Shown: piece by piece, positions 52,311-62,092 of the stretch
Position numbering within the stretch: position 1 is the first letter of the stretch
How the letters are laid out: every line of letters begins with the position of its first letter
From: Candidatus Aminicenantes bacterium
GTDB taxonomy: Bacteria > Acidobacteriota > Aminicenantia > Aminicenantales > JAFGBC01
NCBI GenBank assembly: GCA_963702005.1
Contig: OY969696.1
Coordinates: 672,001-736,000 of the forward strand
Direction of reading: 5' to 3'
DNA: 64,000 bases
Translations under genes and position numbers: made by a program
The notes under the pieces: generated by a model
The model's database searches: none
The model's input: the letters and a program-made list of their open reading frames with translations, nothing else
Told to the model about the DNA's origin: nothing

Positions 52311-53791
52311 TCCGAGACGCGTCCGCCGCGGAGCAGGGCAGGGAGGCAGACATGGCGGCGCTGCGCGCAAAGATGGAGACGCTGGTCGGCAGGATCGAAG
52401 ACAACAACGTCTGGCGTCAGGCGGATTCTTTCAACCTCATTCCGTCCGAGTCAACTCCGTCCCTTCTCGTCAAAATGTGCGAAATTTCTGACCCGTCGGG
52501 CCGCTACGCCGAGCACAGGACCATGAAGGGCGAAGAGGTCTATTTCTATCAAGGCACCGACTTCATCCGGGACGTCGAGGTCGAGGCGCAGAAAGAGCTG
52601 GCGGCCTTCTTCGGCTGCCGGGACCTCGAACTCCGGCCCATCTCAGGCCAGATGGCCAACGAGGTCGTCTTCAAGGGGCTGGTCCGGTTCCTCAACCGGA
52701 ACAAGCCCCCCGGGTCCCAGCCCCGCAAGCTGCGGCTCGTCCTCAACAACGATCTCAACAAAGGCGGCCACCTGAGCGCCCAGCCGATGGGCGCCCTGTT
52801 CAATTACGTCGAGGAAGATCCCGGGACGGGCAAGGAGCGGGTCATCCATTTCCCCGTCTTGAAGGATAATCCCTACAAGGTCGATGGCGCGGCCCTCGCC
52901 GAGCTCTTGGAGGGTCCGAGGCCGGAGCTCATCGTATTCGGGAAGAGCATGTTCATCTATGCCGAGCCGGTCCGGCTCGTGGCCGAGATCGTCAAGAGCT
53001 GGACCGAGCGTCCCCTCCTCATGTTCGACATGGCCCACGTCCTGGGTCTGTATGGCGCATTCCAGACGCCCCTGGCCGAGGGCGCCGACATCGTGACCGG
53101 GAGCACCCACAAGACGTTCTTCGGTCCCCAGCGGGGGGTCATCGCCGGCAGCTTCCCCAAGGAGAGCCCCCTCCATTCGTTCTGGCTGGACGTCAAAGGC
53201 CGCGCCTTCCCCGGCTCGACCTCGAACCACCATCTGGGCACGCTGCTCGGTCTGCTGGCCGCCGCCTACGAGATGAACGCCTTCAAATCCGAGTTCGCGG
53301 AGAAGGTCCGGGCCAACGCCAAAGCCTTCGCCCGCGCCCTTAAAGACGAGGGCGTCCCGGTCGAAGGCGACCCGGCGGACGGCTACACGGAGACGCACCA
53401 GGTCCTCATCCGGGTCAAGGCCTTCGGGTCCGGCCAGGTGATCGCCCGCCGGCTCGAGGAGAACAATATCCTGACCAACTACCAGGCCCTCCCGGACGAC
53501 GAGACCTTTTTGGCCTCGAGCGGCATCCGGCTCGGCGTTCAGGAAATGACGCGGTTCGGGATGGAGGCCGAGGATTTCGATACGCTGGCGGGATTGATGG
53601 CGGACTGCATCGTTCGCGATAAAAGCGTCAAAAACGAGGTCCGGGCCTTCCGCCGGAACTTTCTGGAGATGCGATACTGTCTTCCCGAGCGGGAAGCGGC
53701 CGGCTTAGCCGCCCGCGTTCTCCGCAGCGTATTCCCCCAGGGCGGCGTCGTGGAGGCCCTGATCGACGGGCTCCGCAAGGCCGGCCGTTGA
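52307..53791 (+). CDS. glyA: Serine hydroxymethyltransferase, divergent
   Basis: NLIPSE, SGQMAN, GGHLS, DMAH, GSTHKTFFGPQRG, FPG..SNHH, SGIRLG. Confidence 0.8.
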   Translation: MIRDASAAEQGREADMAALRAKMETLVGRIEDNNVWRQADSFNLIPSESTPSLLVKMCEISDPSGRYAEHRTMKGEEVYFYQGTDFIRDVEVEAQKELAAFFGCRDLELRPISGQMANEVVFKGLVRFLNRNKPPGSQPRKLRLVLNNDLNKGGHLSAQPMGALFNYVEEDPGTGKERVIHFPVLKDNPYKVDGAALAELLEGPRPELIVFGKSMFIYAEPVRLVAEIVKSWTERPLLMFDMAHVLGLYGAFQTPLAEGADIVTGSTHKTFFGPQRGVIAGSFPKESPLHSFWLDVKGRAFPGSTSNHHLGTLLGLLAAAYEMNAFKSEFAEKVRANAKAFARALKDEGVPVEGDPADGYTETHQVLIRVKAFGSGQVIARRLEENNILTNYQALPDDETFLASSGIRLGVQEMTRFGMEAEDFDTLAGLMADCIVRDKSVKNEVRAFRRNFLEMRYCLPEREAAGLAARVLRSVFPQGGVVEALIDGLRKAGR

Positions 53792-53831
53792 GGGGCGGGA
53801 GGGCGGCGGACTCGAACAAGGGAGGACGAGG

Positions 53832-55112
53832 ATGAGAGTCTTGATCATAGGCTCCGGGGGCCGGGAGCACGCCCTAGCCTGGAAGATCAGCCAGAGCCCG
53901 CTCCTCAAGAAGCTCTTTTGCGCCCCGGGCAATCCCGGGACGGCCCAAGTCGCCGAGAACGTCCCCATCCGCGAAACGGATCTTCCCGGCCTGGCCGAAT
54001 TCGCCAGCCGGGAGAGGATCGACCTAACGGTCGTGGGTCCCGAGCTGCCCTTGACGATGGGAATCGCGGACGAGTTCGAGTCTCAGGGGCTGCGGATCTT
54101 CGGCCCGTCCAAGAAGGCGGCCGAGCTCGAGGGGAGCAAGATCTTCGCCAAGCAGTTCATGGAGCGGCACCGGATCCCGACGGCCCGCTTCAAGATCGCC
54201 GAGACGGACGACCAGGCCATGAAGATCCTCAACTCGGGCGCGTTCAGCTTTCCCCTCGTCATCAAGGCGGACGGTCTGGCCGGCGGCAAGGGCGCCGTCG
54301 TCTGTCCGAACATGAAGAAGGCCGAGGAGACGATCCAGTCGATCATGGTCAAGAAGCAGTTCGGCGAGGAGAACACCCGGGTCGTCATCGAGGAGTTCCT
54401 GCGCGGCCGCGAAGCTTCCTTCATCGTCATCTCCGACGGGACCCAGGTCCAGCCCCTCGTCACGGCCATGGACCACAAGGCCGCGTACGAGGGTGACCGG
54501 GGCCCGAACACGGGCGGGATGGGCGCCGTCTCGCCGTCGCCCTTCATCACCAAGGAGCTCTTCATGCAGGTGGCGAGTTCCATCATCTTCCCGACCATCA
54601 CCCGGATGCTCGAGGAGGGCCGGCGCTTGCGGGGCGTCCTCTACGCCGGCCTGATGCTGACCGACCAGGGACCCAAAGTCCTCGAGTTCAACTGCCGGTT
54701 CGGAGATCCGGAAACCCAGGCCCAGCTCCTCAGGATGGAAAGCGACTTCCTGGAAATCCTCCTTTCGGCCGTGTTCGAGAACGTCCTGAGCCGCAAAGTC
54801 CGCTGGAGCGCCAAGGTATCCGGTTGCGTCGTCCTGGCCTCGGGCGGCTATCCCCTCCGCTACGAGACGGGAAAGCCGATCGAGGGCCTTGAGCAAGCCG
54901 AAGCCATCCCCGGCGTCACCGTCTTTCATGCCGGGACCCGGATGGAAAACCGAGCGCTGCTGACGAACGGAGGCCGGGTCCTCAACGTCTGCGCGCTCGA
55001 CACGAACCTGGCCGGGGCCATGGACAAAGCCTACGAGGCCGCTTCGGCCGTCCGCTTCGAAGCCATGCATTATCGCCGCGATATCGGCTGCGAACGGGAG
55101 GAGGCGGAATGA
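53832..55112 (+). CDS. purD: Phosphoribosylamine-glycine ligase
   Basis: GSGGREHA, VGPE, LEGSK, KADGLAGGKG, GPNTGGMG, EFNCRFGDPE. Confidence 0.97.
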   Translation: MRVLIIGSGGREHALAWKISQSPLLKKLFCAPGNPGTAQVAENVPIRETDLPGLAEFASRERIDLTVVGPELPLTMGIADEFESQGLRIFGPSKKAAELEGSKIFAKQFMERHRIPTARFKIAETDDQAMKILNSGAFSFPLVIKADGLAGGKGAVVCPNMKKAEETIQSIMVKKQFGEENTRVVIEEFLRGREASFIVISDGTQVQPLVTAMDHKAAYEGDRGPNTGGMGAVSPSPFITKELFMQVASSIIFPTITRMLEEGRRLRGVLYAGLMLTDQGPKVLEFNCRFGDPETQAQLLRMESDFLEILLSAVFENVLSRKVRWSAKVSGCVVLASGGYPLRYETGKPIEGLEQAEAIPGVTVFHAGTRMENRALLTNGGRVLNVCALDTNLAGAMDKAYEAASAVRFEAMHYRRDIGCEREEAE

Positions 55113-55600
55113 AGGTCGTCATTTTTCTGGGCAGCGAATCCGATTTCGACGTCATCCAGGAAGCCCTGGAGGTCCTCAAGGAGTTCGGCGTCCCCTTCCG
55201 GCTCGAAGTCAGCTCGGCCCACCGCAGCCCGGAGCGGACCTTGCGCCTTGTCCGGGAGACGGAGGCGGCCGGGGCCGAGGTCTACATCGCCGTGGCCGGG
55301 AAGGCGGCTCATCTGGCCGGCGCCGTGGCCGCCCAAACCGTCCGCCCCGTCATCGGCGTGCCCGTCGACAGCGCCGCCCTGAGCGGTCTCGACGCCCTCC
55401 TCTCGACCGTCCAGATGCCGAAGGGCATCCCGGTCGCGACGATGGGGCTCGGCAAAATGGGCGGCACGAACGCCGCGCTGCTGGCGATCGCCATCCTGAG
55501 CCTGAGCGATCCCGGCTTGAAGGACAAGCTCCTCGCCTACCGGGCCCGGATGGCCGCCCAGGTCGAAGCGGGCTCGGCCAAGCTCCGGCGGAAGTTATGA
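55109..55600 (+). CDS. purE: N5-CAIR mutase
   Basis: GSESD, SAHRSP, AGKAAHL, PVIGVP, QMPKGIPVAT. Confidence 0.96.
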   Translation: MKVVIFLGSESDFDVIQEALEVLKEFGVPFRLEVSSAHRSPERTLRLVRETEAAGAEVYIAVAGKAAHLAGAVAAQTVRPVIGVPVDSAALSGLDALLSTVQMPKGIPVATMGLGKMGGTNAALLAIAILSLSDPGLKDKLLAYRARMAAQVEAGSAKLRRKL

Positions 55601-56952
55601 CCCGTTCGCCGATACTAACCCCCGCTTTTCAAAGCGGGGATGAGAAGCGAGGCTCAGGGTTAACCCCCTACAAGACCGGGCAATCATGTCGGGGAGTTGA
55701 GGGGTTGACCTCCGTCCTCATTCACAACTTCGGCTGCCGGGTCAATCAAGCCGAGGCCTTCGGCTGGGCGGAAGAGCTCCAGAGCCGCGGGCTGAGACTT
55801 GAAAAGGACATAGCCCGGAGCGACCTCGTCGTCGTCAACACCTGCACCCTGACGAATCGGGCCGAGAGCGATGTCCGCCGCTACCTGCGCCGGGTGACGC
55901 GACTCAACCCGTCCGCCCGCCTCGTCCTGACCGGTTGTTCGGTCGCGTTGGACCGTGCGCGCTTCGAAGGGGGACCGCAGGTCTGGCTGGTCGTTCCCAA
56001 CGAGGACAAGGCGCATCTCGCGGACCGGGTCCTGGCTTTGGTCGGCGCGGCCCCGGCGCGGCCGATCGAGCCTTTCCGGTCACGCGCCCTGATCAAGATC
56101 CAGGACGGCTGTGATTTTCGTTGCGCCTTCTGCATCATCCCGGCCGTCCGGGGCGGAGGACGGAGCCTCGCGGCCGCCGAAATCCTGTCCAAGGTCCGGG
56201 GTTTCGCGGAGCGGGGCTTCGCCGAGGTCGTCCTTTCCGGAGTTCAGCTGGGCTCGTACGGGACCGACCTCGTCCCGCGAACGTCCCTCCTCGAACTCCT
56301 GGAGACGTTGGAGAAGGCGGCGGGCGGAATCCGCCTCCGGCTGAGTTCGCTCGATCCAAGGTTCATGACGGCCGGGCTCCTGGATTTCTTCGCGGCGAGC
56401 AGGGCCGTCTGTCCCCATTTCCATCTTTCCCTCCAGTCCGGCTCGGACACGGTCCTGGAGAGGATGGGCCGGCGGATCGGCGCCACCCGTTATTGCGAAA
56501 TCCTGACGCGGCTGGCGGAGGGCGTGCCGGGCGCGGCGCTGGGCGCGGACATCATCGTAGGGTTTCCGGGCGAGACCGAGGAAGAATTCGATCGGACCCG
56601 CCGCTTCGTCGAGGCCTCGCCGCTGACATACCTCCATGTCTTTTCTTATTCGCCGCGGGCCGGGACGCCGGCCGCCGTCCTCCCCCAGTTGGATGCGAAG
56701 GTCAAGAAGCGGCGTTCGGCTTCCCTGCGAGCCCTTGCCAAGGACAAGAATCTCGCTTTCCGTCGAACGTTTGTAGGGCGGGAATCCGAGGCCGTCGTCA
56801 TCAAGCGCGGCGGCGCCCTGGGCGAAGTCCTCACTCCGAATTACATCAAGGTTCTCGTCGCTGGCGGACTCCCCCAAGCCGGGGCCTGTGTCCGGGTCCG
56901 GATCAGCCGCGCAACTCCCGCCGTGACCGAGGGACGCGTTTGCCCGCCCTGA
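55597..56952 (+). CDS. mtaB: tRNA t6A methylthiotransferase MtaB (108-bp in-frame element inserted near the start; alternative TTG start at 55705)
   Basis: GCRVNQAE, NTCT, KIQDGCDFRCAFCIIP, HLSLQSG, DIIVGFPGETEE, HVFSYS.R.GT. Confidence 0.88.
   Translation: MTRSPILTPAFQSGDEKRGSGLTPYKTGQSCRGVEGLTSVLIHNFGCRVNQAEAFGWAEELQSRGLRLEKDIARSDLVVVNTCTLTNRAESDVRRYLRRVTRLNPSARLVLTGCSVALDRARFEGGPQVWLVVPNEDKAHLADRVLALVGAAPARPIEPFRSRALIKIQDGCDFRCAFCIIPAVRGGGRSLAAAEILSKVRGFAERGFAEVVLSGVQLGSYGTDLVPRTSLLELLETLEKAAGGIRLRLSSLDPRFMTAGLLDFFAASRAVCPHFHLSLQSGSDTVLERMGRRIGATRYCEILTRLAEGVPGAALGADIIVGFPGETEEEFDRTRRFVEASPLTYLHVFSYSPRAGTPAAVLPQLDAKVKKRRSASLRALAKDKNLAFRRTFVGRESEAVVIKRGGALGEVLTPNYIKVLVAGGLPQAGACVRVRISRATPAVTEGRVCPP
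55602..55709 (+). mobile_element. Non-autonomous IS200/IS605-type element (MITE/PATE), copy 2
   Basis: Follows ATGAC, starts CCGTTCGCCGA, shares GATGAG(A)AGCGAGGCTCAGGGTTAA with copy 1, ends in TTGAC. Confidence 0.8.
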
Positions 56953-58619
56953 CCAAGATCCATCGTCTTCCCGCGGCGGTCGCTCAGAAGATCGCGGCCG
57001 GTGAAGTCATCGAGCGGCCCGCGTCGGTCGTCAAGGAGCTCGTCGAGAACGCTCTCGACGCCGGCGCCCGCGAAATCCGGATCGAGCTCCAGGACGGCGG
57101 GAAGTCCATGATCCGTGTCCAGGACGACGGGCAGGGGATGGGGCGCGAAGACGCCCTTCTCTGCTGCGAACGGCACGCCACCAGCAAGCTCGCCGACGAA
57201 GAGGACCTGGCCCGGATCGCGACCCTGGGATTCCGGGGCGAAGCGCTGGCCAGCATCGCGGCCGTGGCCGGGGTCGTTCTCAAGACGTCGGACGATACGG
57301 GCCGTCCCGGAACGGCCGTCGAGCAGGAAGCCGGCGAACAAATAAGCGTTTCCGACATTCCCTTTCCGCGGGGGACCAGCGTCGAGGTCAGGGACCTTTT
57401 CTTCAACCTGCCGGCCCGCCGCAAGTTCCTCCGGTCCGGATCGTCCGAACTGACGGTCATCGCCAAACAGATGACGCTCGTCGCTCTCGGCCGTCCCGGC
57501 GTCCGCTTCCATGTTCTCCACGGCAAGCGGGAGGTCCTGAACGCTCCGGCCGTGGCCGGCCTACGAGAGCGGGTGTTCCAGCTCTTCGGGAAGACCGTTC
57601 TCGACCGGCTCGCCGAAGTCAACTTTGAGGAGGGAGGCTGCCGGCTCAGCGGGCTCGCTTCGCGCCCGCCCCAAGGCAAGGCGGACCGGGCTCACCAGTT
57701 TTTCTTCGTGAACGGCCGGCCGGTCCGCGACCGCCTCCTCCAGGCGGCCCTCAACCAAGGATACCGGGGGCTCCTGGAAAAAGATTCTTACCCCGAGGCC
57801 TTTTTATTCTTGACGCTTCCCTTCGAGGAGGTGGACGTCAACGTTCATCCGGCCAAATCCGAGGTCCGTTTCAAGGACTCCCAGAGGGTTTTCGCCGCGG
57901 TCGTTCGGGGGCTCGAGACGTCGCTCCGGCGAGGTCCCAGGATCAAGGAAATGATCCCGGAGCGGGCCGGAACGCTTAGGGTCGAGGAAAGCCGCCAGGA
58001 CTCTCTGTTCGGAGCCCCCGAGCCCGGCCCGTCCGGGTCCGAAAGGCCGCTCTTTCCCCAAGTTCTAGGACAGTTCCTGACGACCTACATAGTCGCGGCG
58101 GCCGAGGAAGGCGTCTATATTATCGATCAGCACAACGCCCATGAGCGGATCCTGTTCGACCGCTTCAAGGAGGCCAAAGGCCGCGGCCGTCTGCCCCGGA
58201 AAACGGCTCTCCTCCCGGTTCTTGTCGAGCTTTCCCCCGCTCAGATCTTGAGCCTGGAAGCGGAAAGAGAATCCCTGGACGAAACGGGCTTTCGGGTCGA
58301 GGAGATGGGAGGACGAACCGTCGTCCTCAAGGAATACCCCGACCTGTTCGGTCCCGACGGGGCCAGAGAGGCCTTCTTGGCCGTCCTCGAGGAGATGGGA
58401 AAGGACCAAACCGGGGACCGGCTGGATCGGATCCTAAGGACATTGGCCTGTAAATCGGCCATCAAGGCCGGAGAGCCGCTTCTTCGGGAGAAGATGGAGT
58501 ATCTCGTAGCTGAACTTTTCCGGCTTGAAGACAGGGCGCTCTGTCCCCACGGCCGCCCGATCATGATCTTGATCGAAAGAGGCCAGGTCGAAAAGGGCCT
58601 CAAGAGACACCCAAATTGA
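56940..58619 (+). CDS. mutL: DNA mismatch repair protein MutL
   Basis: IAAGEVIERP, ENALDAG, GFRGEAL, DVNVHP.K, DQHNAHE, ACK, CPHGRP; TTG start inferred. Confidence 0.95.
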   Translation: MPALTKIHRLPAAVAQKIAAGEVIERPASVVKELVENALDAGAREIRIELQDGGKSMIRVQDDGQGMGREDALLCCERHATSKLADEEDLARIATLGFRGEALASIAAVAGVVLKTSDDTGRPGTAVEQEAGEQISVSDIPFPRGTSVEVRDLFFNLPARRKFLRSGSSELTVIAKQMTLVALGRPGVRFHVLHGKREVLNAPAVAGLRERVFQLFGKTVLDRLAEVNFEEGGCRLSGLASRPPQGKADRAHQFFFVNGRPVRDRLLQAALNQGYRGLLEKDSYPEAFLFLTLPFEEVDVNVHPAKSEVRFKDSQRVFAAVVRGLETSLRRGPRIKEMIPERAGTLRVEESRQDSLFGAPEPGPSGSERPLFPQVLGQFLTTYIVAAAEEGVYIIDQHNAHERILFDRFKEAKGRGRLPRKTALLPVLVELSPAQILSLEAERESLDETGFRVEEMGGRTVVLKEYPDLFGPDGAREAFLAVLEEMGKDQTGDRLDRILRTLACKSAIKAGEPLLREKMEYLVAELFRLEDRALCPHGRPIMILIERGQVEKGLKRHPN

Positions 58620-58644
58620 CACCCCCCGGCCGTTTTGTTAAGAT
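58616..58644 (+). promoter_or_regulatory. tRNA operon promoter
   Basis: TTGACA-17-TAAGAT with extended TG. Confidence 0.75.
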
Positions 58645-58716
58645 GGGCTGGCTCGCGAGACAGGGTCGGCCGGATCCGGGTCGTTTCTCGAAATGCCATC
58701 GCCTCCGCCGCGGGAC

Positions 58717-58791
58717 CGGGGAGTAGCGCAGCCTGGTTAGCGCGCCTGCCTTGGGAGCAGGAGGTCGTCGGTTCAAATCCGATCTCCCCGA
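58717..58791 (+). tRNA. tRNA-Pro(TGG)
   Basis: Cloverleaf CGGGGAG/CTCCCCG, anticodon loop CT-TGG-GA, T-loop TTCAAAT; CCA not encoded. Confidence 0.95.
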
Positions 58792-58856
58792 TTGTACTTC
58801 AAGGCAGGCGGCCGGGCGATCACGCGCCGAACGGCCGCGAGCTGGTCTGGCCTTAA

Positions 58857-58930
<74 letters not shown>

Positions 58931-59214
58931 TTCTCCCTCCTTCTTATAAGTGACAATAATTGCCCAGAGAGTGCGTGCCCGAGGATTCTATATAGCCTTT
59001 GAAGGTGAGGCGCTTCACCAAAAATTCACCTTGCCAATCCCCCTGAGGGGTGATTGACGCCTGCCAAGGGCTGGGATAGGTTTGAAAAGCGTCAGACAAT
59101 TTTTGGCTTGGATGAAGCAGGCATCGAGAAAAGAGCCAGAGAAGACCGTCTTGTTAGTAGAGGCGAAAAGCTTGACGAAAATTGTCAGGGTAAGTCCTAA
59201 GCGACGGAGTCGAG

Positions 59215-60939
59215 ATGGCGTCTAACTTAGGGGAACTCCTGCTCCGCGAAAAGGCGATCACGGCCGAACAGCTCAGGTCCGCCCTCGAACACGAACGAAA
59301 ACACAGCCTTCCGCTCGGGACATCCCTGGTCAGCCTCGGCTTAATCTCCGAAGAGGAGATCGCTCAAGCCCTGAGCCGGCAGCTCGGCTACCCGTTCATC
59401 GACCTCGACCAGTTCGAGGTCTATCCCGACGTCATCAACCTCATTCCCGTCGAGATCGCCAAGAAATACATGATCATGCCGATCCACCGGATCCGTTCCT
59501 TCCTGACCCTGGCCATGGTCGACCCGACCGACCTCGAGATCACCGAGGACATCCGGTTCCGGACCGGGCTCAGCATCCAGCCGGTCATCGCCTCGGAGTC
59601 GGGGGTCCTGAGCGCCATCAACAAGTATTACGGGACGTCGAGCGACATCCGGGTCAAGAAGATCATCGACGACATCGAGCTGGCCCAGGATACGACCGTC
59701 AACATCATCGAGGAGGAGAAGGAAGACTACACGATCGAGGAGCTCGTCCACTCGACCGAAGAGGCCCCGATCATTACCCTCGTCAACACGATCTTCATCG
59801 ACGCCATCAAGAAGGGGGCCAGCGACGTTCACTTCGAGCCCTACGAGAAGACCTTCCGGATCCGCTACCGGATCGACGGCACCCTCTACGAAGTCCAGAG
59901 CCTCCCGCTCAAGTTCAAGAACCCGGTCGTGTCCCGGGTCAAGATCTTATCCAACATGGACATCGCCGAGAAGCGGCTCCCCCAGGACGGCCGGATCCGG
60001 ATGCGGGCCAAGCTCGAGAACGGCGGCCGCAAGGAAGTCGACCTCCGCGTCTCGGCCCTGCCGACCATGTTCGGCGAGAAGGTCGTCGCCCGTATTTTGG
60101 ATAGGGAGATGCTCAAGCTCGACCTGACCGAGCTCGGGTTCGAGCCGGAGTCCCTCGAGGTTTTCCAGGAGGGCATCCGCCGGCCCTGGGGTATCATCCT
60201 GGTCACCGGGCCGACCGGGAGCGGCAAAACGAACACCCTTTACTCGGCCATCCAGAACCTCAATACGGTCGAGAAAAATATCCTGACGGCCGAGGACCCG
60301 GTCGAGTTCTACTTGTCCGGGATCAACCAGGTCAACATCAAGGAAGAGATCAAGCTCGATTTTCCGACCTGCCTCCGCTCCTTCCTCCGTCAGGACCCGG
60401 ACATCATGCTCGTGGGCGAGATGCGCGACCACGAGACGGTGGACGTCGCCATCAAGGCCGCGTTGACCGGCCACCTCGTCTTCTCGACCGTCCACACCAA
60501 CGATGCCGCGAGCACGGTCACCCGTCTCGTCAACATGGGGATCGAGCCCTTCCTGGTCGCCGATTCGGTCTTCCTGATCGTCGCCCAGAGGCTGGTCCGG
60601 CGCCTGTGCAAGAAGTGCGCCATCGACCACAGGATGCCGCCCCATGCGCTCGAGGAGACGGGGTTCACTTCGGAGGAGGCGAGCCGGGCCCGGGTCTTCA
60701 AGCCCAAGGGCTGCGAGGGCTGCAATAACACCGGCTACAAAGGCCGAATCGCGCTTTACGAAGTCCTGCGAGTCACCGACGATATCAAGGACATGATCCT
60801 CAACCGGGCGCAGTCCAAGGACATCAAGAGAAAGGCCATTGAGCAGGGGATGCTGACCCTGCGCCGGAGCGGCATCATCAAGATCCTGAACGGCATCACC
60901 TCCATGGAGGAGGTCTTGCGGGAGACGATCCGAGACTAG
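59215..60939 (+). CDS. pilB: Type IV pilus assembly ATPase
   Basis: MshEN-like N-terminus, ASDVHFEP, RLPQDG, GPTGSGKT, RQDPD, tetracysteine motif. Confidence 0.96.
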   Translation: MASNLGELLLREKAITAEQLRSALEHERKHSLPLGTSLVSLGLISEEEIAQALSRQLGYPFIDLDQFEVYPDVINLIPVEIAKKYMIMPIHRIRSFLTLAMVDPTDLEITEDIRFRTGLSIQPVIASESGVLSAINKYYGTSSDIRVKKIIDDIELAQDTTVNIIEEEKEDYTIEELVHSTEEAPIITLVNTIFIDAIKKGASDVHFEPYEKTFRIRYRIDGTLYEVQSLPLKFKNPVVSRVKILSNMDIAEKRLPQDGRIRMRAKLENGGRKEVDLRVSALPTMFGEKVVARILDREMLKLDLTELGFEPESLEVFQEGIRRPWGIILVTGPTGSGKTNTLYSAIQNLNTVEKNILTAEDPVEFYLSGINQVNIKEEIKLDFPTCLRSFLRQDPDIMLVGEMRDHETVDVAIKAALTGHLVFSTVHTNDAASTVTRLVNMGIEPFLVADSVFLIVAQRLVRRLCKKCAIDHRMPPHALEETGFTSEEASRARVFKPKGCEGCNNTGYKGRIALYEVLRVTDDIKDMILNRAQSKDIKRKAIEQGMLTLRRSGIIKILNGITSMEEVLRETIRD

Positions 60940-60949
60940 GAGGCGGCCG

Positions 60950-62068
60950 ATGGCCATTCCGATCCAAGAGTTGCTCAAGATTTGCGTCGACGAAGATTCC
61001 AGCGACCTCCACATCACCACCTACGTCCCGCCCCGCATCCGGGTCCACGGCACCCTCCGCTCGATCGAGCATCCGCCCCTGACGCCGGCCGAGACGAAGC
61101 AGCTCGTCTACAGCATCCTGTCCGACAAGCAGAAGAAGACCTTCGAAGAAAAGCTCGAGCTCGATTTCTCGTTCGGAATCAAGGACCTGGGCCGATTCCG
61201 GGTCAACGTCTTCATGCAGAAGGGCTCGGTGGCGGCCGCCTTCCGCCGCTTCCTGCCGACGATGTGGAGCTTCTCGCAGCTCGGCATTCCCCAGCGGATC
61301 GCCCAGCTGTGCTACCTCCCACGCGGCCTCATCCTGGTCACCGGCCCGACCGGCTGCGGGAAGTCGACCTCGCTCGCCTGCATGATCGACCACATCAACC
61401 ACGAGCGGCCCGTCCACATCGTCACGATCGAGGACCCGATCGAATATTATTTTTCGCCCAAGAAGGCCATCATCAACCAGCGGGAGCTCCTGGTCGACAC
61501 CCTGTCCTACGCGAACGCGCTGCGCTCCGTCCTCCGCGAAGATCCCGACGTCGTCCTGGTCGGCGAGATGCGGGATTTGGAAACGGTCGAGGCGACCCTC
61601 CGGGTCGCCGAGACGGGCCACTTGACCTTCTCGACCCTTCACACCAACTCAGCCTCGGAGACGATCTCGCGGATCGTCGACATCTTCCCCAGCCAGTACC
61701 AGAGCCAGGTCCGGATCATGCTGTCCATGACCCTCGAGGCCGTCTTGACCCAAGCCCTCCTCCCCCGGGCCGACGGGAAGGGGCGGGCCTTGACCATGGA
61801 GATCCTCATCCCCAACCCGGCCATCCGGAACCTGATCCGGGAGAATAAAATCCACCAGATCTATTCGGCCATGCAGATGGGCCAAGAGAAGTTCGGGATG
61901 CAGACCTTTAATCAATCCCTGGCCAACCTCTACACCAAGGGGATCATCACCCTGGACACGGCCATGAGCGTCACCTCCTTCCCCGAGGAGCTGACGGATA
62001 TCCTCCAGCGCCGGGAGGGCCTCAAGGCCGGATCGGGCGGCGCGACGGCGGGGACCGGCCGAAAGTAA
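60950..62068 (+). CDS. pilT: Type IV pilus retraction ATPase
   Basis: SDLHI, GPTGCGKST, EDPIE, LREDPD, AIRNLIRE, GMQT. Confidence 0.96.
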   Translation: MAIPIQELLKICVDEDSSDLHITTYVPPRIRVHGTLRSIEHPPLTPAETKQLVYSILSDKQKKTFEEKLELDFSFGIKDLGRFRVNVFMQKGSVAAAFRRFLPTMWSFSQLGIPQRIAQLCYLPRGLILVTGPTGCGKSTSLACMIDHINHERPVHIVTIEDPIEYYFSPKKAIINQRELLVDTLSYANALRSVLREDPDVVLVGEMRDLETVEATLRVAETGHLTFSTLHTNSASETISRIVDIFPSQYQSQVRIMLSMTLEAVLTQALLPRADGKGRALTMEILIPNPAIRNLIRENKIHQIYSAMQMGQEKFGMQTFNQSLANLYTKGIITLDTAMSVTSFPEELTDILQRREGLKAGSGGATAGTGRK

Positions 62069-62092
62069 CGAGAGGCGAAAAAGGGGACAACC

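Noticed and set aside
56121-56939. 273-aa N-terminal extension of MutL (832-aa ORF)
   Set aside because: It overlaps mtaB in another frame and is Arg/Gly/Pro-rich shadow sequence; MutL homology begins near 56940.
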